Below the pieces are notes generated by a model, which worked only from the letters and a program-made list of their open reading frames with translations, ran no database searches and was not told the DNA's origin. 64,000 bases of DNA from Blastocystis sp. Blastoise (taxonomy: Eukaryota; Protista; Bigyra: Opalinata). This document shows positions 52,187 to 64,000 of the stretch, one piece after another (position 1 is the first letter of the stretch; each line of letters starts with the position of its first letter). Position numbers and translations under genes: made by a program. The stretch lies in assembly GCA_039096225.1 (NCBI GenBank), contig JBBPEB010000005.1:1116001-1180000 (forward strand), read 5' to 3'.

Positions 52187-52981
52187 TTATGGTTTGAATG
52201 GGAATAAGCCAATCAATTGACTATTCTATTAGAATGACACACATCAGTTTTATGGGAGAACAAGTTTCTCGAAAAATACTCATGTTTATTTTACTTTTTA
52301 ATCTACTAAAAATAATATTTTTCATCCAATGATATGGTTGATTTACAGAGGCGAAGGCGAATCAATTACTAGAGAATCAACGAAGCATTATTTGATTGGA
52401 TATATTCATTTGTGAGCCACAAAAAACCAAAGAAAAACACAAAGAAATAATTTTTTATAAAAATTCAGTTTGAGGCTATCCAATAATATAATTCCACCAT
52501 TCATTTCTCTAATGGCTAATATTTTCTTCATGAGAAGAATTGTTTATTATTCTTGCATTTTTGTCATCGACATGATCTTTCCAATCATTGTTATATTTCA
52601 TTTCACGAAGAATTTACTAGATGTAACGATAAATGAATTTAAAAAAGGATGTACATGATATCATCCGTCATATACTCATTCTGCTGTTTTTTAACACATA
52701 TAAAATATTTCATGGGATATAAAATACGTTTGCACATGATGAGAAATAATTATGTTCGTGTTTTTAGAAGAAACTTAAATTTCTATTTTGAACAGAAAGT
52801 TGTGTTTAGATTTTATTGAAAAGAGTAATAATCATTTAATGTGAAAACAAAACCAATAATAATAGAAAGAAAGAAGAGTAATTAATGAATTATTATAGAA
52901 ATTATTAGAAAAAAAAATTGAACAAAAAACATCTAATGAATAGCATCAAACTGTTAAAAAATATATATATATATATATAAA

Positions 52982-55853
52982 TTATTGTTGTTGTGGAGTA
53001 ATTAATTTTCCTTTTTGATAAATAGATCTTGCTTTTTGAAGCATTTTAAAGACTTTACAACAATTTAAATATCCTCTATCTTGTTTACCTACAAGAATAG
53101 GTCCTTGATTCTTCTCATTATCACTATCACTGCTATTATTACTAGCAATAGAACTTGTAGAAGAAGAGGAAGATACTTCATATATAGGAAGAATTTGAAT
53201 ATTTTTAGGTAAATGAGTAGCATCCTTATAATAGCCACTATTAATCTATAGAAAGATATTTTTATATAGAAATTAAAATTTATAGATAAAGAGAATAATA
53301 TATAAATGAGATAGAATAATAATAATAGTACATATATATATACTTGATCAATATGAACCATAAGATCATAAGCTATATCTTCATTTATAATACTATCATG
53401 ATTATACTTAGGATGACTCATTACATAATTACGTATAAACATAGCTCCAGTGGGTATAATACCTATTATAGACATAATTATATATTATATATTATATTAT
53501 TATATATATTATATATTATTATATATATTATTATATATTATTGTTATATTATTATTATATATATATATTATTATTATATATATATACCATTGGCTCTTTG
53601 TCTTAGGAATTCGAGGTATTCATGTACTCTCTTTAAAGAATCTCCTTCTAATCCTATCACTTGTAAATATACTTGAATTAAAGGAATAAAACCAGGGAAC
53701 CAACAATTTCCTCCCATGATTTCATTCATAGATAATTCTGTAAATCCCATATCATATAACTCCTTCATCTTCTTTTGACATTCTGTATTCTTAAAACATG
53801 AACATTTCTCTATATATATATATATATATATATTATTTATAAATATGAATTATATTATATATAAATATGAATTATATTATATATAAATATATATATATTA
53901 TATTATATATATACGGTTATTATACATAATTCGAGTAGGGAACCAGAATTTCTTGGTATTCACTGCATCAACAGCATGAGCTCTCTTCATATTCTCATCT
54001 ACGAGTGAAATAGGTATATATAAATTAAGTTCATAATAAAGAATAGCTCGTTCTAAAAGACCACTAAATACAGTAAAAGCAGCATTTTCAAAATCAGTTA
54101 ATTGTAATTCCATTGGACGAAGTTCGACTCTCCAGGCATGAACGGGTCCCGCGGGAGTCGGAGGTTTCCAGCGGACACTTTGCCAATTACTACTCTGAAT
54201 ATTCTATATAATAATCATAATAGTAATATATATTTAAAGTAAGTAGAATATAGAATAATAGTGGCTAATAATAATAGTAATAATATAGAAATAATATTCA
54301 TTATATATACTTCAAAATGTTCACTAGACTGTTCATCATCCACTTGATCATAATTATCATATGTTACAAGTGCGTCACGTGTAAATAAATGAGCAATATG
54401 GCGGGCAAGGACGGGATCAATTCCTTCTTGTATAAGTGTATTATAGGTATCTTGATCTATAGGGGCAAGGATATCATTATATTCGGGAGGAGCATTTTCA
54501 CTTATATATAAAGATACACTATCATATCGAGATTTAGGAAGAATATTAGGTCCATTTCTTTCTTCAGAAGTACGGTCATCGACACTTTGAGATATAACAG
54601 TCCAACGGGTATCAATATCACTTAAAACCCCGCGGTAAATAGGAGAATTAGCAGTCATAGCCAACATATAAGGAGCAATAACTACTAACTGATCATATAT
54701 ACTTCTACTCTCATTTACATCATAAGATTGAAAGGTAACCTATATATATATAATAAATATATAATAAATATATAATAAATATATAATAACTAATATAATA
54801 AATATATAATAAATATATAATAACTATATATATACCTGTAAGCATGATAATCCCATTCCATATCCCATACTATCCATATGTATATTCGTATCTAAAGGTT
54901 CTTCAATAACTTCAATTCCACGGTTATTTGGAAGAGATGAGTCAGTAACAACAGGATTCCCACGTTTTAATAAATCATGAATTTGATTAATATCTGTATT
55001 TTTATCCATATATAAAGGAACAGTAATATCAATTTTTGATCCTCTTCTTAAACGAATATTCTCTGTTAAACCACTATAATAAAATTATTATAAAATATTA
55101 TTTTCACTATTTAAAAAAACAAAAAACAAAAATAAAAACAAAAAACAAAAAACAAAAAACAAAAAAAAAATAAAAATTAAAAAAAAATTTATTTAAAACA
55201 CATATATATATACTGGAAACGAGGGAATTCACTAGTACATTCATCAGGATAAGAATAAGATAGAGAAGAATGGCTAATACCTTGAGTTTCTGAAGGAGAA
55301 AAGAAATCATCACGACCTAACATAGGAAAACATACAATACTCATCAAAGATTCATCATCTTGAAGAGCTTCAGAAATAATTTGACGTCTTTACAAATAAT
55401 TATTAATTATTATTTATATATTTAAAAAAATTTAAAATATAGAATCTACTTTATATTTAAATACTATTAATATATATACCTTAGTCTCATATTCTGTTCG
55501 ATACTATTTAAAGAATTAGCATATTGATCATAGGGCATACTAGGAGTAGCTTCAACCATATAACTACCATATTCAGGCTTTACATCAATATTAAGATTTT
55601 GTGCATGAACATAATCATCAACTTCCTTTAAAACTTCAGCAGCACGAAGAGAAATACGCACCTTACGATTCTTATGATCGAATTTAACAATTTGATATTC
55701 AATTTCATCTCCCCACTTTAAGTCTTCATCAATACGACTTTGGAATCTTTTATAGACGTTAATAAATTGAATAATACCATGTTTCTTAATATAATCTCTA
55801 GCAGCTTTAGAGTCTTTAAAATTCTGTGGTTTACTATTAATAAGCAGTCCCAT
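52982..55853 (-). CDS. GSH1: Glutamate-cysteine ligase catalytic subunit (gamma-GCS)
   Basis: MGLL...LKWGDEIEY, KPEYGSYMVEATP, IHMDSMGYGMGLSCLQVTFQ, KSRYDS, WRVELRPMELQLTDFENAAF. Confidence 0.95.
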
Positions 55854-57064
55854 TATATGAATAATAATAAGATTATTATTTATTGAATAAGGAAAGCAAA
55901 ATAAATAATGGGATATAATTGTTATACAAAATTTCTTAGCTGATCATGAAAACCGTGAAATTTTTAAAAATTTCTCAGTATATTTTTTAACCTTCTTTCT
56001 AGAAATGGAGAAATTCATAATTCAGCTGGTGTCAACAGTTTTGTTTATCCAATTGTCATCAAAGAATCCGATGACGCAATTCGATCTATTGGACACTTCG
56101 CATTTATAACGTCATTGTTCATCCAATCAAAGAAACAACTCATTTTTTTCTGGAATACTTTCCAGATTCACATTCATTTTTGATTTTTTCCATTTAAAGA
56201 AAAATTTTAAAAAAATTCGTTTTCCAAATGAATCACATTCCCTTTGCTTTTAAATTGTTCTTTTTCATATATTCTATTTCTTTTTTATCCAATGAATCTC
56301 TTCTTTCTAAGATTTTAAACTGAATTTATATCCATTTATATATTCGGTAAAGAATTCGATTCAAACGAATTTATATATTTTATACTTTTTTAAGATTGAT
56401 CATCATCACTGACATAGTCTCTCTAGTAATCGTATAAACACATCTAAGACTCTCTACAAAGTCTCTTCAAATAATAACTTTTTTCACTCTCTCATAGAAC
56501 TTGTGTATCTAAAAATTATCGTCAACCTCGTTTTCTGCTTGCTTTCAAAATGAAATTATACTTTCCAATTACGCTCCATCATTATCTATATACATTAAAC
56601 ACGATTACATTCAATATGAATACCTTTAGAACAAATGCCCATATTCTAACAAACAATTTATTCAACTATTCTAGTCACTATACCATTCTAGTTTTATCTG
56701 TACATCACGAACGAATACTATGATTGATTTCAGTTGATATGAAACTATACATTCAGTCTTTATTCTATCAAATCTTATTTTGTATTACTTAGTTTCTATT
56801 ATACTAGATTCGCATCCTTATAAACTACATATCCTTATTGATAGACAAGTAAAAGACTAGAAATACAACTCAAAATACAGAAAACTCTTTATGAAAAGTT
56901 ATCAAAAATAACTATAAAAATATAGTTATTTATGAAATTCATTCTATTTAATAACTTTTGAAATACTTTTTTTTATTTCTAGAATTAAAGAAACAATTCT
57001 TTCTCTCTAGAATATATACTTGTGAAATCTATATAAAATTATATTTGCTAATCTATAAAGAACT

Positions 57065-59686
57065 ATGTCTACCATCGATGAACCCTTTGCTCAGAATTCT
57101 GAAGATTCTATTGATGATCAAAATGAGAAATCAAACGAGGAAAAACGTAATTATGTTCATCCCCATGCCTGTTGCGTCTGCCATTATTATGATCCACTTT
57201 CTTGTGTTCAATGTCAAGATTGTGGAAAATGGTTTTGTAATGTAAAAACCAGTGCGATGGGATCTCATATCTATTCTCATCTTCGTATATTAAAGCATGG
57301 AACAGTGTCCTTAGAACCAAAAAATCCAAATGGTCCAGTACAAATTTGTTGCCAACAATGTAATAAGACAAACGTATTTAATCTAGGTTGCTATACAGAT
57401 CATGAAACAAAAGAAATTAAAATTGTCTGTGGTTCTGAATGTTTCAAGAAACTAATTCAAAACAATAAAATTGAAGCATCAGAATATATACCTATTATTC
57501 GAGAAAATATGATTATTGCTCCTTTCCTTCGTCGTTATAATCAATATTTAGCTAGTGCTTCTTATTTAAAAGTGTCTGACGATCAAGTTTATGAACTTAA
57601 TAATACATGGAGAACAAATCCTATAGTTAGTATTGATGAAATTCTACCTGGTCGTTTTATTCAAAAAGATCCAAAAGCTGTACCTATTAAGTTTGATAGT
57701 CTACGTCAATATCGAATGATTTTTTCTGATTTAATTATGATGGAACAACAATATGAAATCAATCGATCCAGAACTGATATTATCTTAGTCACTATTTCAT
57801 GGAATACATTAGAAACAAAGAATAAGGATTCTATTATGGAAATGATTATTAATCGAAAAGAAAATCCTATTGAAAATGCATATAAACGTGGTTGTGCATT
57901 CCAATTTGCTCTTCCTAAACAAGGAAACCTCACAAAAGCTGATTTTATCTTAGAAGGATATGTATATGATAGTTATAAAAATAATTTAATTATTCATTTT
58001 TATAATAATGCTTCTCTTACCGAGAGTATTTTAAGTCAAAATACGTTTTATCTTCGTGTTACACCTGGTTTAATTGAATTTGAACGTATGCAAAGATCAT
58101 TAAGCGATTGTAGTGATACTTATTTACTTTCAAATCAATTACAACAAATATTATTAGGAAGTAAAACGATTCAATATGATGATTTTAATAGTTATGTTCC
58201 TAAAGGATTGAATGTAAGTGGTTTTGTCAAAGCAAATCCCTCTCAAGAATTTGCTGTGAATCAAGCGTTAAAAATGCCGTTAACGATTATTCAAGGACCC
58301 CCTGGTACAGGTAAAACAGTAACTAGTACATTAATCATAAAGAAATTATTAGAAAAAAATCCTAATGAAAAGATACTGGTATGTGCTCCTTCTAATGTTG
58401 GTGTCGATACTTTATATAAGAAGTTATGTCAATGTAATATAAAATGTTTACGTGTATTATCACATACATTAGAAATTGAAGATAAATATAAAGATATTCC
58501 ATGTTTACATAATATTGCAGAGGATAATTTACCAACTGATGAATTAAAACAATCTTATTATAATTTAAGAAATAAATTATCTATTGATGGGGATGAACGT
58601 TCAAAATTAATGAAATCTTTAAATCCTTTAAAATTAAAGATTATTAATGAATATCCAGTTATTTGTTGTACTTGTTGTACTGCTGGGGATGAGATATTTG
58701 ATGAAATAAGATTTCCCACGGTTTTAATTGATGAAGCTGCACAATCCGTAGAACCTCTTTCACTTATACCTCTTAGTCATGGATGTAAACAATTCATTTT
58801 AGTAGGAGATGATCAACAATTAGCTGCAGTTATTAAAAGTAAAAAAGCAGCAAATTTAAATTTTGGTCAATCTTTATTTAATCGTTTACGTTTAACAGGT
58901 ACAATTCCTATTTGTTTACGTGTTCAATATAGAATGCATCCTTCCATTTCTTCTTTTTCAAATACTAACTTTTATTCGAATATTCTTATTAATGCTGAAA
59001 ATACATTAAAACTTCATTCAGGTCCTTTCCCTTGGCCTCAAAAAGACAATGGAATTCCAATAATGTTTTGGAACTTTTCATCTTTTGAAGAAATCCCTCC
59101 TAACGGAAAATCATATTATAATCGTACAGAAGCTTATAAAATAGTAGAGATAGTTCAATTTTTACAGAAGAATAAGGTAGATTCTAATAAGATTGGTATT
59201 ATTACTCCTTATAATGCTCAAAAGGATATGTTACAAGATTTAATTCAACCAGATAAAGTTGTAGGTGCTTTTAGTCGAATTTGGGCTGATGGTATTGAAA
59301 TTGATACAGTTGATGGATTTCAAGGTAAAGAAAAAGATTATATTATATTTTCATGTGTACGTTCAAATGAAGAAAAAGGAATTGGTTTCTTAAATAATTA
59401 TAGACGATTGAATGTAGGATTAACTCGTGCTAAATATGGATTAATTTTACTTGGAAATGTTATTAGTTTAAATAAAAATTATTTATGGAGTTTATTATTA
59501 CACTATTATTTAAGTTTAAATGTTATTGTAAATGGTCGATTTGGAAAATTCACATTATTTGAAGATCAATTACCTATTACTCCTGATCCTAAAACAATTA
59601 AAGATAATAATAATAATAATGATAATAATAATAATAATAGTAATGATAAGAATAGTGATAATGATAATGATAATGATGAATCATAA
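57065..59686 (+). CDS. UPF1: UPF1-like SF1 RNA helicase (CH zinc domain plus helicase), single exon, divergent
   Basis: HACCVC...CGKWFCN...GSHIYSHL, IQGPPGTGKT, LVCAPSN, LIDEAAQ, QYRMHP, TVDGFQGKEKD, RRLNVGLTRAKYG. Confidence 0.85.
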   Translation: MSTIDEPFAQNSEDSIDDQNEKSNEEKRNYVHPHACCVCHYYDPLSCVQCQDCGKWFCNVKTSAMGSHIYSHLRILKHGTVSLEPKNPNGPVQICCQQCNKTNVFNLGCYTDHETKEIKIVCGSECFKKLIQNNKIEASEYIPIIRENMIIAPFLRRYNQYLASASYLKVSDDQVYELNNTWRTNPIVSIDEILPGRFIQKDPKAVPIKFDSLRQYRMIFSDLIMMEQQYEINRSRTDIILVTISWNTLETKNKDSIMEMIINRKENPIENAYKRGCAFQFALPKQGNLTKADFILEGYVYDSYKNNLIIHFYNNASLTESILSQNTFYLRVTPGLIEFERMQRSLSDCSDTYLLSNQLQQILLGSKTIQYDDFNSYVPKGLNVSGFVKANPSQEFAVNQALKMPLTIIQGPPGTGKTVTSTLIIKKLLEKNPNEKILVCAPSNVGVDTLYKKLCQCNIKCLRVLSHTLEIEDKYKDIPCLHNIAEDNLPTDELKQSYYNLRNKLSIDGDERSKLMKSLNPLKLKIINEYPVICCTCCTAGDEIFDEIRFPTVLIDEAAQSVEPLSLIPLSHGCKQFILVGDDQQLAAVIKSKKAANLNFGQSLFNRLRLTGTIPICLRVQYRMHPSISSFSNTNFYSNILINAENTLKLHSGPFPWPQKDNGIPIMFWNFSSFEEIPPNGKSYYNRTEAYKIVEIVQFLQKNKVDSNKIGIITPYNAQKDMLQDLIQPDKVVGAFSRIWADGIEIDTVDGFQGKEKDYIIFSCVRSNEEKGIGFLNNYRRLNVGLTRAKYGLILLGNVISLNKNYLWSLLLHYYLSLNVIVNGRFGKFTLFEDQLPITPDPKTIKDNNNNNDNNNNNSNDKNSDNDNDNDES

Positions 59687-60318
59687 ATCAATATTACTTA
59701 AACTATTGAATATATATTTATATTTATATATTTATATTTCTTCTTTTTTGTTTAATTATAATTCTAATTTCTTCTTTAGAATATTTTTTTGTAGAGATTT
59801 CTTTATGATATTCATATTTAATTATTATTTGCTTATATACTCTATTTATTCATATTATATATTATTCATTTAAACACAGTTTTTTATGTATAGATATAAT
59901 CAAGTTTATATATGATTTTATCTTCTTTCTTAATGATATTCATATATATACACTTCAATTTCTAGAATCTCTTATTGTATATTTTAGTTTACAACTTTTT
60001 GCCTTTTTCTATTAGCTATTTTTTTATATTGCATTTAGTTTTGTTACTTATATACATAAATTAAGATATATATTTAATACGTCATATGCAACTAAATATA
60101 TAACTAATCAAATTTAATTTTTATTATTAAGATTATTAGATGAATAGTATTGATATTAATTGTTCTATTAAAAGACAACGATAAATAAAACAGTGAACAA
60201 GAATTAAAGAAACAATGAAAAAAATTAATTTTTAAGAAAAGTGAATATAATAATGTTAATTATAATAATAGTATATATAAATGAATAAAGAAAAGATCTA
60301 ATATTGTAAAGAATATAT

Positions 60319-64000
<3,682 letters not shown>

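Overview
Very AT-rich, intron-rich eukaryotic (protist-like) genomic DNA. Intact genes use the standard genetic code. I cannot name the organism from sequence alone. Host genes recognised by hand-splicing: GINS Sld5, TSR2, a triple-SAM protein, a C3HC4 RING gene, NELF-A-like, adenylate kinase, MCC-beta, YEATS/Yaf9, eIF2B-alpha, glutamate-cysteine ligase, an intronless divergent UPF1-like helicase, a TRAPPC10-like gene and several hypotheticals. Main finding: 10751-33216 is not ordinary intergenic DNA. It consists of three adjacent non-autonomous CACTA (En/Spm-type) elements of 8.4, 6.6 and 7.3 kb. Each has its own CACTA...TAGTG terminal inverted repeat (TIR) and an exact 3-bp target-site duplication (TSD: AAC, TAA, ACT). 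The first is inserted 7 codons before the stop of the RING gene. All three share one layout: TIR - ORF-less spliced exon array - captured cargo - spacer - second ORF-less spliced exon array - TIR. I found no transposase. Cargo includes intron-containing host-like gene fragments (with a fibro-slime/PA14 domain in element 3), a decayed purine-rich tract and a tRNA-like cloverleaf. Second finding: three minor-spliceosome (U12-type) AT-AC introns, each restoring a conserved reading frame (NELF-A-like, YEATS, TRAPPC10-like). Most ORF-track entries are low-complexity artefacts. Exon coordinates were derived by eye and may be off by a few bases.
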